Part shown: positions 1-9,504 of the stretch, piece by piece
Numbering within the stretch: the stretch's first letter is position 1
Layout of the letters: each line of letters begins with the position of its first letter
The notes under the pieces: model-generated
The model's database searches: none
What the model was told of the DNA's origin: nothing
Seen by the model: only the letters and a program-made list of their open reading frames with translations
Program-made: the position numbers and the translations under genes
DNA from: Pseudoalteromonas tetraodonis
GTDB taxonomy: Bacteria; Pseudomonadota; Gammaproteobacteria; Enterobacterales; Alteromonadaceae
NCBI RefSeq assembly: GCF_002310835.1
Contig: NZ_CP011041.1
Coordinates: 2,280,001-2,312,000, forward strand
Direction: 5' to 3'
Length of the DNA stretch: 32,000 nt

Positions 1-57
1 ATGAGTAAATTGCTAATAACCCGAACAATAAAGGCTCTACGTTACGGTATTTTAAAA

Positions 58-86
58 CAAAAAAAGCCGCATAGGCGGCTTTTTTC
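58..86. terminator. Bidirectional rho-independent terminator downstream of accA
   Basis: Stem AGCCGC (65-70) pairs with GCGGCT (75-80) around loop ATAG. An A-run lies on the left and a T-run (80-85) on the right, so either strand reads hairpin plus U-tract. It sits 16 nt past the accA stop. Confidence 0.75.
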
Positions 87-101
87 TATATTTAGCTATT
101 T

Positions 102-1058
102 TTAACAATAACCAAACGACATTAAACGCTTGTAACGTTGGTCAAGCATCTCTTCAAGCGATAACGCTTGTAGGTCTGCTAAATCTCGCTTAAGGCGTAC
201 TTTTAAGTTACGTGCCATCGCATCATAATTACGGTGCGCGCCGCCTAGAGGCTCTTCAACTAAATTATTAATTAAATCTAGCTCTTTAACACGCTCTGCT
301 GTTACACCCATTGCCTCTGCAGCCAATGGTGCTTTGTCAGCACTTTTCCATAAAATAGAGGCACAACCCTCTGGTGAAATAACCGAGTAAGTGCTGTATT
401 GCAACATGTTTACTCTGTCGCCCACACCAATGGCTAATGCACCACCTGAACCACCTTCACCAATAACAGTACAAATTGTTGGTACTTTAAGTGCGGCCAT
501 TACTTTTAGGTTACGTGCAATTGCTTCAGACTGACCACGCTCTTCAGCGCCAACACCAGGGTATGCACCTGGGGTGTCGATAAAGGTCATGATTGGCATT
601 TTAAAACGCTCTGCCATTTCCATTAAGCGCAATGCTTTACGGTAACCTTCAGGTTTTGGCATGCCAAAATTACGTTTGATTTTTTCAGCAGTACCACGGC
701 CTTTTTGCTGACCGATCACCATTACTGGCTCACCATCTAAACGGGCTACGCCGCCTAAAATGGCAGGGTCGTTAGCAAACGTGCGATCACCCGCAAATTC
801 GTCAAATTCCGTAAAAATACGCTCGATATAATCTCGAGTATAAGGACGCAACGGATGACGTGCTAACTGTGATACTTGCCAAGCGCCTAGTTCAGAGAAA
901 ATTTTCTCCTTCATTTGTGCGCTCTTTTCTTTAAGTTTACTGACTTCCTCTTCTAATCCAAGGTCTAATTCGCCAGCGCGGCTTACATTTTGTAATTCTT
1001 CAATTTTTGCTTCTAATTCTGCAATTGGAAGCTCAAAATCAAGATAATTGAGGCTCAT
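102..1058 (-). CDS. accA: Acetyl-CoA carboxylase carboxyltransferase subunit alpha
   Basis: 318-aa ORF with an ATG start. The N-terminus [22 protein letters not shown] is nearly identical to E. coli AccA, and the [10 protein letters not shown] motif is present. It holds the conserved position after dnaE. Confidence 0.97.
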   Translation of the reverse strand: MSLNYLDFELPIAELEAKIEELQNVSRAGELDLGLEEEVSKLKEKSAQMKEKIFSELGAWQVSQLARHPLRPYTRDYIERIFTEFDEFAGDRTFANDPAILGGVARLDGEPVMVIGQQKGRGTAEKIKRNFGMPKPEGYRKALRLMEMAERFKMPIMTFIDTPGAYPGVGAEERGQSEAIARNLKVMAALKVPTICTVIGEGGSGGALAIGVGDRVNMLQYSTYSVISPEGCASILWKSADKAPLAAEAMGVTAERVKELDLINNLVEEPLGGAHRNYDAMARNLKVRLKRDLADLQALSLEEMLDQRYKRLMSFGYC

Positions 1059-1074
1059 GCTCTAAACTACCTAA

Positions 1075-4000
1075 TTAGTTAAATTCTAGTTCTACATTTT
1101 GCGCTGCCATCAGCGATAACTTATGAATTAAGTCGTCACTTGGCGTAACACACCATTCGATCCCTAGGGTTAATTGCACCAACGCATCGGGGCGTTGATA
1201 ATATACCTTGATCGGACACGTTCCCATTTTGTATGGTTCGAGTACTTTTTGTAATTTATCGAAGAAACCAGCCTCGATCTGCACCATATTCAGCGTCATC
1301 TTAATCGCTTTTATACGCTTTTCACGCGCCTGAGCAATGGTGTTTATTTCTCTGGCGGTCATTGTAATACCACCAGAGAAGTTATCAAAGCTGACCTGTC
1401 CGGATATCACCAAAATATTGTTGATTTGCAACATATCTTGGTACATTTCAAACTGTTCTGGAAACAAGCGTACATCAATTCGGGCGCTTTTGTCATCTAA
1501 AGTTATCAGCCCCCAACGATTTCCTTTTTTATTAATTAAGGTTCTCGCTGCAATCACTAAACCTGCTCCGGTTGAGACTACATCACGATTAGTTGGTTGT
1601 AAGTCGATGAGTCGCCCACTGGTATAATGCCCAAGCTCTCGTCGATACTGGTTTATAGGATGTCCGGTTAAATAAAGGCCTAGGGTGTCTTTTTCGCCAT
1701 CAAGCCACTGATTATCCGTAAGCGGTGTTGCTTTTATAAACGCTTGCTCTACTTCATCAGGCTCTGTAGCCAATAAACCAAATAAATCACTTTGCCCTAA
1801 TAATTCAGCTTTGTTGTGCTGATCGGCTGCGCGCATCGCATCTTTTAAGCTGGCTAATAGTGTTGCTCGCCCTGGCTGAGTTTTTTCAGGCCCTAGTTGG
1901 TCTAATGCGCCTGCATAAATTAATTTCTCGGTAACGCGTTTATTTAAGCGTTTTAAATCAACACGCGCACAAAAATCAAATAGGTCTTTAAATGAGCCGC
2001 CTTTTGCTCGCGCCTCTAATATGGCATCAACCGGCGCTTCACCTACGCCTTTAATTGCCCCTATGCCGTAAACAATTTCACCTTGAAGGTTAACAGTAAA
2101 CTTGTATTCACCCGCGTTTACATCGGGCGGTAACAAAGTGAGTTTCATGTTTTCACACTCATCCACCAGCGTTACTATTTTGTCGGTGTTATCCATATCA
2201 GCCGACATTACCGCCGCCATAAACTCGGCCGGATAATGCGTTTTCATCCACAGCGTTTGATACGATACTAATGCATAAGCTGCTGAGTGAGATTTGTTAA
2301 AACCGTAACCCGCAAACTTTTCAACCAAGTCAAATATTTTTATTGCCAGTTCGCCGTCAATACCGTTGTTACGTGCGCCTTCTTCAAAGGTTGAGCGCTG
2401 TTTTGCCATTTCTTCAGGCTTTTTCTTACCCATAGCACGACGTAACATATCAGCGCCACCCAGTGTATAACCGGCCAGCACCTGCGCTATTTGCATAACT
2501 TGTTCTTGATACAAAATAATGCCGTATGTCGGCTCAAGAATCGGCTTTAAACTTTCGTGTTGGTATTGCGCATCGGGGTATGAGATTTCTTCTCTGCCGA
2601 GCTTTCGGTCGATGAAGTTATCTACCATGCCTGATTGCAGTGGACCTGGGCGGAACAAGGCCACTAGGGCTATCATATCTTCAAAGCAATCGGGCTTTAA
2701 TCGGCGGACTAGGTCTTTCATGCCGCGTGATTCTAGCTGGAATACCGCGGTGGTTTCAGCGCGCAGCAGTAACTCTATACTTTTTTTATCATCCAATGGA
2801 ATGGTGTTGATATCGACCGGCTGTTTGCCTTCACGCTTTAAGCGCTCATTGGTCATATCCAGCGCCCACTGTAATATGGTGAGCGTACGTAAGCCTAAAA
2901 AGTCAAACTTAACTAAACCGGCGGTTTCTACATCGTTTTTATCAAACTGGGTAACAGGAAACTTGCCTTCGTCATCGCAATAGAGCGCCGCAAAATCGGT
3001 AATGGTGGTCGGCGATATTACAACCCCCCCGGCATGTTTACCGGCATTACGCGTACAGCCCTCAAGAATACGACACATGTCGATTAAGTCTTTAACTTCT
3101 TCATCGCCGTCGTAGGCTTCTTGCAAACGGGGTTCTACGTCAAATGCTTTAGCCAGTGTCATCCCAGGGTCGCCCGGAATAAGCTTAGAAATACGATCGA
3201 CAAACCCATACGGATGACCAAGTACCCGGCCTACATCGCGTATTACCGCTTTTGCTGCCATAGTACCAAAGGTAATAATTTGCGATACCGCGTCACGGCC
3301 ATACAAGGCCGATACATGATCAATTACTTCATCACGCCTATCCATGCAAAAGTCGACGTCAAAGTCGGGCATAGAAACACGTTCAGGGTTTAAGAATCGC
3401 TCGAAGAGTAGGTCAAATTCGAGCGGATCAAGGTCGGTAATTTTGAGGGCATAAGCCACTAATGAACCCGCACCTGAACCACGCCCTGGGCCTACTGGAA
3501 TATTGTTATCTTTACTCCACTGAATAAACTCCATTACGATCAAGAAGTAACCAGGGAATCCCATTTGGTTAATTACATCAAGTTCTATTTTTAAACGTTC
3601 ATCGTATTCGCCACGTTTTTCTTGACGTTCTTGCTCGTCAGGAAATAAAAACTGTAATCGTTCTTCAAGGCCGTCTTGTGACACTTTAACCAAAAACTCA
3701 TCAATTTTTAGTGAGCCCGTCGGGTAATCTGGTAGGAAATACTCACCTAATTGCACGGTTACATTACAGCGCTTTGCAATTTCTACGGTATTTTGTAGCG
3801 CTTCTGGAATATCACTAAATAGCTCTGCCATTTGTTCTGGCGTTTTTAGGTATTGCTCTTGTGAAAAACGCTTTGGTCGGCGTTTATCATCTAGAGTGTA
3901 ACCATCAAAAATAGCCACACGAATTTCATGGGCTTCAAAGTTTTCAGGTTTTAAAAATACCACTTCATTGGTGGCCACTACTGGCAATTGCTCATTTGTT

Positions 4001-4566
4001 GCAAGCTCCACCGCCATGTGCAAATAATTTTCTTCTTGAGCACGGTTGGTACGAATAAGCTCTATATAATAATGATCGCTAAAATGCTGTTTATAAAAAC
4101 TGACCACCGACTCAACAATAGCGGGGTTACCTTTTATTAAGGCTTTTCCTAAATCGCCATCTTTGGCGCCCGAGAGTATGATAAGCCCCTCTTTTAAATC
4201 AACTAACCACTCACGGTCAATGACAGGGCGATGAAAAACATGGCCACGTTGATAGGCTTTAGAGATCAATAAAGTAATATTTTTATAGCCAATGTTATCT
4301 TTGGCTAATAATGTTAATCGGCTTGGTTCGTCGGGGAATTCTGGGCTACGTACCCAAAAATCCGCACCAACAATCGGCTTAATACCCGCATTATGCGCTG
4401 CGCCATAAAAACGCACCAGACCACAAAAGTTCATTTGATCGGTAATTGCCAACGCTGGCATTTCAAGCTCTTGTGCTTTAGCGACGATTGGTTTGGTTTT
4501 TGCCAAACCATCAACCATTGAAAAGTCTGAGTGAACTCTTAGATGAACAAATTCAGGAGCCGCCAT
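1075..4566 (-). CDS. dnaE: DNA polymerase III subunit alpha
   Basis: 1163-aa ORF. It has the PHP-domain N-terminus [19 protein letters not shown] and is colinear with E. coli DnaE along its length. It follows rnhB after a 2-nt gap. Confidence 0.98.
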   Translation of the reverse strand: MAAPEFVHLRVHSDFSMVDGLAKTKPIVAKAQELEMPALAITDQMNFCGLVRFYGAAHNAGIKPIVGADFWVRSPEFPDEPSRLTLLAKDNIGYKNITLLISKAYQRGHVFHRPVIDREWLVDLKEGLIILSGAKDGDLGKALIKGNPAIVESVVSFYKQHFSDHYYIELIRTNRAQEENYLHMAVELATNEQLPVVATNEVVFLKPENFEAHEIRVAIFDGYTLDDKRRPKRFSQEQYLKTPEQMAELFSDIPEALQNTVEIAKRCNVTVQLGEYFLPDYPTGSLKIDEFLVKVSQDGLEERLQFLFPDEQERQEKRGEYDERLKIELDVINQMGFPGYFLIVMEFIQWSKDNNIPVGPGRGSGAGSLVAYALKITDLDPLEFDLLFERFLNPERVSMPDFDVDFCMDRRDEVIDHVSALYGRDAVSQIITFGTMAAKAVIRDVGRVLGHPYGFVDRISKLIPGDPGMTLAKAFDVEPRLQEAYDGDEEVKDLIDMCRILEGCTRNAGKHAGGVVISPTTITDFAALYCDDEGKFPVTQFDKNDVETAGLVKFDFLGLRTLTILQWALDMTNERLKREGKQPVDINTIPLDDKKSIELLLRAETTAVFQLESRGMKDLVRRLKPDCFEDMIALVALFRPGPLQSGMVDNFIDRKLGREEISYPDAQYQHESLKPILEPTYGIILYQEQVMQIAQVLAGYTLGGADMLRRAMGKKKPEEMAKQRSTFEEGARNNGIDGELAIKIFDLVEKFAGYGFNKSHSAAYALVSYQTLWMKTHYPAEFMAAVMSADMDNTDKIVTLVDECENMKLTLLPPDVNAGEYKFTVNLQGEIVYGIGAIKGVGEAPVDAILEARAKGGSFKDLFDFCARVDLKRLNKRVTEKLIYAGALDQLGPEKTQPGRATLLASLKDAMRAADQHNKAELLGQSDLFGLLATEPDEVEQAFIKATPLTDNQWLDGEKDTLGLYLTGHPINQYRRELGHYTSGRLIDLQPTNRDVVSTGAGLVIAARTLINKKGNRWGLITLDDKSARIDVRLFPEQFEMYQDMLQINNILVISGQVSFDNFSGGITMTAREINTIAQAREKRIKAIKMTLNMVQIEAGFFDKLQKVLEPYKMGTCPIKVYYQRPDALVQLTLGIEWCVTPSDDLIHKLSLMAAQNVELEFN

Positions 4567-4568
4567 AA

Positions 4569-5168
4569 TTACTCCTTACCCGAAAGCGCAAGCACACGCT
4601 GCACAGGTTTAAAGCTCTTGCGATGCTCATCTATCGCACCGTATTGTTCAAGCGCTGCAAAATGTGCCTTAGTTGGATACCCCTTATGCCCTGCAAACCC
4701 ATATTGTGGGTAGCGTGCATCAAGTTCAATCATTTCATCATCCCGGGCAACTTTTGCTAAAATAGACGCGGCTGATATTTCAGCAACTAGGCTATCGCCT
4801 TTTACCACCGCTTGTGCGGGCATGGCTAATTTAGGAAGGCGGTTTCCATCTACAAACACAAATTCAGGCACTGTGTTAAGTGCTTCCACCGCGCGGCTCA
4901 TAGCAAGCATAGTGGCTTGTAATATATTTAACTCATCTATTTCACTGGGGCTACAACGGCCAATGGCGTAACACAGTGCTTTTTCTTTTATTTCGATGGC
5001 TAATAATTGGCGCTTTTTATCGGTTAATTTTTTAGAGTCGGCAAGGCCAGCAATCGGTTTAGCGGGATTTAAAATAACAGCGGCTGTAACCACATCACCC
5101 ACCAGCGGTCCACGACCAACTTCATCCACACCGGCTATTAAGGTTACATTGGGTCGTTCAATTTGCAT
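4569..5168 (-). CDS. rnhB: Ribonuclease HII
   Basis: 199-aa ORF containing the RNase HII catalytic motif [22 protein letters not shown]. Its start overlaps the lpxB stop by 11 nt, which suggests translational coupling. Confidence 0.96.
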   Translation of the reverse strand: MQIERPNVTLIAGVDEVGRGPLVGDVVTAAVILNPAKPIAGLADSKKLTDKKRQLLAIEIKEKALCYAIGRCSPSEIDELNILQATMLAMSRAVEALNTVPEFVFVDGNRLPKLAMPAQAVVKGDSLVAEISAASILAKVARDDEMIELDARYPQYGFAGHKGYPTKAHFAALEQYGAIDEHRKSFKPVQRVLALSGKE

Positions 5169-6315
5169 CTATTAACTCCGCCACTGCATTTGCAGCTTGT
5201 TTACTTGCATCTAATCTAATTTTTTCATGTATGGCTAAAAAGCGTGCTTTTAATTCTTTATTATCGCTATTGAGTATAGGGGTAAGTGCTGCTGTTAAGT
5301 TAGCGACATTACACTCACTTTGTAAAAACTCTGGTACTAACTCTTCATCTGCCAATAAATTGGGTAGCGAAAAATATTTAATATTAAAGGTAAATAAGGT
5401 TTTAAAAATCCAGTAACTCATGGGTTTAATTTTATAACCAACCACCATTGGCTTTTTATATAACATGCCCTCAAGCGTTGCTGTACCTGATGCAAGCAAT
5501 ATAGCATCGGCGGCTTGCATGGCTAAATTTGATTGCCCATCCAGTAAGTTAACATTAAGTGAGGGCGCTGTGGCATTTAAAATAGCAATAAACTGCGCTT
5601 TGCGCTTTTCGTTCACCAGTGGCACCACGACTTTTAATGCAGGGTTCTGCGCTTGTAACTGCGTCGCTGTTTTTATGTAAGTTTCGCTTAACAAGCCCAC
5701 TTCTGAGCCCCGGCTCCCGGGCAATAACGCTAACACCTTATCATCAGCACTTAAGCCTAGTTGGCTGCGGGCTTGGCTATCGTCGTGCTTAAGTGCAATG
5801 TCGTCAGCTAATGTATGGCCTACAAAAGTACACGGTACTTGGTGTTTGTCGTAAAATTCTTTTTCAAAAGGCAATAAAGCCAATACTAAGTTAGTTGCTG
5901 CACTTATAGTGTGAATACGTTTTTCACGCCACGCCCACACTGAAGGGCTTACGTATTGCACGGTTTTGATGCCTGCATCTTTTAACGGTTTTTCTACACG
6001 TAAATTAAAGTCCGGCGCATCAATACCAATAAATACATCAGGAGGGTTATTAACAAAGTGCTGCACGAGTTGTTTGCGGATTTTTAGCAAGCGCGGTAAA
6101 CGGCCTAGGACTTCAACCAAGCCCATAACCGACAACTCATCCATATCAAACAGCGTTTTGCAGCCTTGAGCTTGCATTTTAGGGCCTGCAATACCTTCAA
6201 AAGTGGCATCAGGAAAGTGTATTTTAAGCGCTTTTATGAGCCCTTCACCTAAAATATCGCCCGACAGTTCACCTGCCACAATACCAATTCGTAGTTGTTT
6301 TTTATCTTTTTTCAT
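5158..6315 (-). CDS. lpxB: Lipid-A-disaccharide synthase
   Basis: 385-aa ORF with an ATG start. It shows the LpxB N-terminus [23 protein letters not shown] and a GT19-family layout. Synteny with rnhB and dnaE supports the call. Confidence 0.95.
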   Translation of the reverse strand: MKKDKKQLRIGIVAGELSGDILGEGLIKALKIHFPDATFEGIAGPKMQAQGCKTLFDMDELSVMGLVEVLGRLPRLLKIRKQLVQHFVNNPPDVFIGIDAPDFNLRVEKPLKDAGIKTVQYVSPSVWAWREKRIHTISAATNLVLALLPFEKEFYDKHQVPCTFVGHTLADDIALKHDDSQARSQLGLSADDKVLALLPGSRGSEVGLLSETYIKTATQLQAQNPALKVVVPLVNEKRKAQFIAILNATAPSLNVNLLDGQSNLAMQAADAILLASGTATLEGMLYKKPMVVGYKIKPMSYWIFKTLFTFNIKYFSLPNLLADEELVPEFLQSECNVANLTAALTPILNSDNKELKARFLAIHEKIRLDASKQAANAVAELIDAN

Positions 6316-6489
6316 TTGCTATTTTTTCACAAGTAAACCCGGCGTTCATACCGATTAGTTTACCGTGTTTTAAGGCTAGGTTAAACGCTTAAAACACACC
6401 ACTTTTTTCTAACTTACTCTTAATTGATGATTGCGTATTTTATAGACTGATGTAATGTCATAGTATATTAAAGTTTTCTAATATACATA

Positions 6490-6518
6490 TTGACAAAAAT
6501 TGTACAAACGCTAATAAT
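6490..6518 (+). promoter_or_regulatory. Candidate sigma70 promoter for the cyd operon
   Basis: TTGACA (6490-6495), a 17-nt spacer, then AATAAT (6513-6518). It lies about 90 nt upstream of the cydA ATG. This is a sequence match only. Confidence 0.5.
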
Positions 6519-6523
6519 GATGC

Positions 6524-6549
6524 AAACTTTCAGAAATTACTGAAAGTTT
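6524..6549 (+). promoter_or_regulatory. Perfect 10-bp inverted repeat at or just after the predicted cyd transcription start (operator or 5'-terminal mRNA stem-loop)
   Basis: AAACTTTCAG (6524-6533) and CTGAAAGTTT (6540-6549) are exact reverse complements. They are separated by the loop AAATTA. Confidence 0.45.
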
Positions 6550-6607
6550 ATTAAAACATTAACAATTGCTTTGTGCTGTCACTGCATCACAACCAAAGGA
6601 GCCAAAA

Positions 6608-8191
6608 ATGATAGATGAAACCTTTGTGGATCTATCGCGATTACAGTTTGCTGTCACCGCTCTATTTCATTTTTTATTTGTGCCGTTAACAATCGGTATG
6701 ACCTGGATTTTAGTTATCATGGAATCGGTTTATGTTATGACCGGTCGCGAAATTTATCGTGATATGACTAAGTTTTGGGGCAAGTTATTTGGTATTAACT
6801 TTGCTATTGGCGTGGCGACGGGCCTCACCATGGAATTTGAGTTTGGTACTAACTGGTCGTATTACTCGCACTATGTGGGTGATGTATTTGGTGCGCCACT
6901 GGCCATTGAAGGCTTAATGGCATTCTTTTTAGAATCAACCTTTGTGGGAATGTTCTTTTTAGGTTGGGATAGGCTCTCTAAACGCCAGCATTTAGGGGTC
7001 ACATTTTTAATGGCGCTGGGCACAAATATGTCTGCGCTGTGGATTTTAGTCGCTAATGCGTGGATGCAAAATCCAGTAGGGGCTGAGTTTAACTATCAAA
7101 CCATGCGCATGGAAATGACCAGTTTTGCAGAGCTGGTATTTAACCCTGTAGCACAAGTTAAGTTTATTCATACCGTGTCTGCAGGTTATGTGGCCGCCTC
7201 TATGTTTGTACTTGGAATTAGTAGCTGGTACATATTAAAAGGACGTGATTTGGCATTTGCTAAACGGTCGTTCTCGGTGGCATCAGGCTTTGGTTTAGCC
7301 TCTATTTTGTGTGTTATTTTACTCGGTGATGAATCTGGCTACGAAGTCGGTGAAGTACAAAAAGTAAAACTCGCGACCATAGAAGCTGAATGGCATACAG
7401 AAGAAGCTCCAGCAGCCTTTACTGCAATAGGTTTCCCTGACTCAGAAGAGCAAGTCACTCATGCTGCAGTAAAAATTCCCTACGCATTAGGGATTATTGC
7501 AACTCGCTCACTTGATGAGCAAGTGATTGGTATTTCAGATCTTGAGAAAAAACACGAAAAGCGTATTCGCAATGGCATGATTGCTTATGAATACCTAGAA
7601 AAACTTCGCGCAGGTGACGATACCCCTGCAAATATCGAAAAGTTTGATAACGTCAAAGATGATTTAGGCTATGGCTTATTACTTAAACGTTACACTCCTA
7701 ATGTGGTAGATGCCAGCGAGGCACAAATACAACAAGCCGTTAAAGACTCCTTCCCTAAAGTGGGCCCTATGTTTTGGTCATTTAGGATTATGGTTGGCTG
7801 TGGCGTAATTATGCTTGGCGTGTTTATTCTCTCTTTTTATTACAACGCCCATCGTATTATTGAACAAAAACGTTGGTTGTTGTGGGCGGCGGTATTGAGC
7901 ATTCCTCTGCCTTGGATTGCTATTGAATTTGGTTGGATTGTGGCTGAATATGGCCGCCAGCCATGGGCTATTTCTGAAGTATTACCGACCTTTTTAGCAA
8001 CGTCATCGCTGACGGTAAATGATATTTTAATTAGCTTGACCGGTTTTATTGTTTTCTATACTGGATTGGCGATTGTTGAAGCATGGTTAATGATTAAATT
8101 TATTAAGCAAGGCCCAAGCTCCCTTCATACCGGTAAGTACCATTTTGAATTACCTGATCACAGCACGGCTGCTAAAGGAGAACTATCATGA
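6608..8191 (+). CDS. cydA: Cytochrome bd-I ubiquinol oxidase subunit I
   Basis: The track ORF 6566..8191 opens at TTG. I place the start at ATG 6608, preceded by the RBS AAGGAG (6596-6601). The N-terminus MIDETFVDLSRLQFAVTALFHFLFVPLT matches CydA, and a long Q-loop region and the GRQPW motif are present. Confidence 0.95.
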   Translation: MIDETFVDLSRLQFAVTALFHFLFVPLTIGMTWILVIMESVYVMTGREIYRDMTKFWGKLFGINFAIGVATGLTMEFEFGTNWSYYSHYVGDVFGAPLAIEGLMAFFLESTFVGMFFLGWDRLSKRQHLGVTFLMALGTNMSALWILVANAWMQNPVGAEFNYQTMRMEMTSFAELVFNPVAQVKFIHTVSAGYVAASMFVLGISSWYILKGRDLAFAKRSFSVASGFGLASILCVILLGDESGYEVGEVQKVKLATIEAEWHTEEAPAAFTAIGFPDSEEQVTHAAVKIPYALGIIATRSLDEQVIGISDLEKKHEKRIRNGMIAYEYLEKLRAGDDTPANIEKFDNVKDDLGYGLLLKRYTPNVVDASEAQIQQAVKDSFPKVGPMFWSFRIMVGCGVIMLGVFILSFYYNAHRIIEQKRWLLWAAVLSIPLPWIAIEFGWIVAEYGRQPWAISEVLPTFLATSSLTVNDILISLTGFIVFYTGLAIVEAWLMIKFIKQGPSSLHTGKYHFELPDHSTAAKGELS

Positions 8192-9327
8192 TTTTTGATT
8201 ATGAAACATTAAAAATGCTCTGGTGGTTAATTATTGGTGTGCTGTTAATTGGTTTTGCCATTACCGATGGTATGGACATGGGCGTTGCTATGTTACTGCG
8301 CTTTGTGGGCAAAACAGACAGTGAACGTCGTACCGTTATTAATACCATTGGTGCCCACTGGGATGGTAACCAAGTATGGTTTATTACTGCTGGCGGTGCC
8401 TTGTTTGCAGCGTGGCCTATGGTTTATGCGGCAGCGTTTTCTGGTTTTTACTTTGCCATGATGCTGGTGTTATTTGCATTATTTTTTAGACCTCTTGGCT
8501 TTGATTATCGCTCTAAAGTTGACTCTAAACACTGGCGTAATAACTGGGACTGGGGCTTGTTTGCCGGTAGTGCCATACCTGCGCTGGTATTTGGTGTCGC
8601 GTTTGGTAACTTGTTTTTGGGTGTACCGTTTAATATCGATAATTTATTAAGAGTCAGTTACCAAGGGTCGTTTTTCGCCTTGCTTAATCCATTTGCGCTC
8701 ATTGCCGGTTTAGTTAGTATTACCATGTTAATTGCACACGCGGGAATGTGGCTACAACTGCGCACTGCAGATCAGGTTGCTGAGCGCTCAGGACAATACG
8801 GTCGCTACTCATTACTTGCCTTTATAGTGTTATTTGCGGCGGCTGGTGTGTGGGTTGCCAACCTAACGGGCTATCAAATTGTTTCTATGGGTGATACTCA
8901 AGGCCATGCAGATCCACTGGCAAAAGTAGTCACAACCGCCCAAGGCGCATGGCTGAATAACTACAGCGAACGTCCATGGACAATGACCTTCCCTATTTTG
9001 GCATTTGCAATGGCACTGTGTGCACTGCTGTTTTCTAAAGTAAATAAACCCGCTTTAGGCTTACTGGCAACCAGTGTGATGTTAATTGGAGTGATTATGA
9101 CCGCGGGCGTTTCGTTATTCCCATTTATCATGCCCTCAAGCAACAACCCTGATATTAGCTTAACCATTTGGGATGCGGTATCAAGCCACAGAACACTCAA
9201 TGTTATGTTTATTGCTGTGGTTATATTTGTGCCACTCATTTTAGCCTACACCACGTGGTGTTATGTAAAAATGTGGCGCAGAGTGACGGTTGATGAAATT
9301 GAAAACAACCCTCACGGCAGCTATTAA
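8188..9327 (+). CDS. cydB: Cytochrome bd-I ubiquinol oxidase subunit II
   Basis: 379-aa polytopic membrane ORF. It has the CydB N-terminus LWWLIIGVLLIGFAITDGMDMGV. An ATGA overlap with the cydA stop suggests translational coupling. Confidence 0.95.
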   Translation: MIFDYETLKMLWWLIIGVLLIGFAITDGMDMGVAMLLRFVGKTDSERRTVINTIGAHWDGNQVWFITAGGALFAAWPMVYAAAFSGFYFAMMLVLFALFFRPLGFDYRSKVDSKHWRNNWDWGLFAGSAIPALVFGVAFGNLFLGVPFNIDNLLRVSYQGSFFALLNPFALIAGLVSITMLIAHAGMWLQLRTADQVAERSGQYGRYSLLAFIVLFAAAGVWVANLTGYQIVSMGDTQGHADPLAKVVTTAQGAWLNNYSERPWTMTFPILAFAMALCALLFSKVNKPALGLLATSVMLIGVIMTAGVSLFPFIMPSSNNPDISLTIWDAVSSHRTLNVMFIAVVIFVPLILAYTTWCYVKMWRRVTVDEIENNPHGSY

Positions 9328-9339
9328 GGAGACTAAATT

Positions 9340-9504
9340 ATGTGGTATTTCGCGTGGATTTTAGGTGTATTACTTGCCTGTACATTAGGCGTAATAAATG
9401 TAATGTGGTATGAGTTTCATCAAAATAAAAACAGTATTGCTGATGATGAACAAGCCACCCATGATTTATTAAACGAGCATAATACAACTCATAATGACGA
9501 CTAA
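9340..9504 (+). CDS. cydX: Cytochrome bd oxidase small subunit CydX (54 aa)
   Basis: This gene is absent from the ORF track. ATG 9340 is preceded by the RBS GGAG (9328-9331). My hand translation is MWYFAWILGVLLACTLGVINVMWYEFHQNKNSIADDEQATHDLLNEHNTTHNDD, with stop TAA at 9502-9504. The first ~18 residues closely match E. coli CydX (MWYFAWILGTLLACSFGV). The canonical position right after cydB supports it. Confidence 0.85.
   Translation: MWYFAWILGVLLACTLGVINVMWYEFHQNKNSIADDEQATHDLLNEHNTTHNDD

Noticed and set aside
1-101. Open frame 1 from position 1 through the accA terminator
   Set aside because: It would read straight through a bidirectional terminator hairpin. It is only about 34 codons long with no start context. 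If a plus-strand gene ends in this region, it ends before the hairpin, and I cannot define it from this window.
1337-3393. Three plus-strand ORFs (1337..1627, 2519..2983, 3121..3393) antisense to dnaE
   Set aside because: They are embedded in a 3.5-kb essential gene that is intact on the other strand. Their translations are low-complexity with no recognisable domains. These are chance open frames in AT-rich DNA.
6425-6470. FNR- or CRP-like half-sites (TTGATgattgcg, cTGATgtaaTGTCA) upstream of the cyd promoter
   Set aside because: Only one half-site matches in each case. AT-rich intergenic DNA produces such matches by chance.
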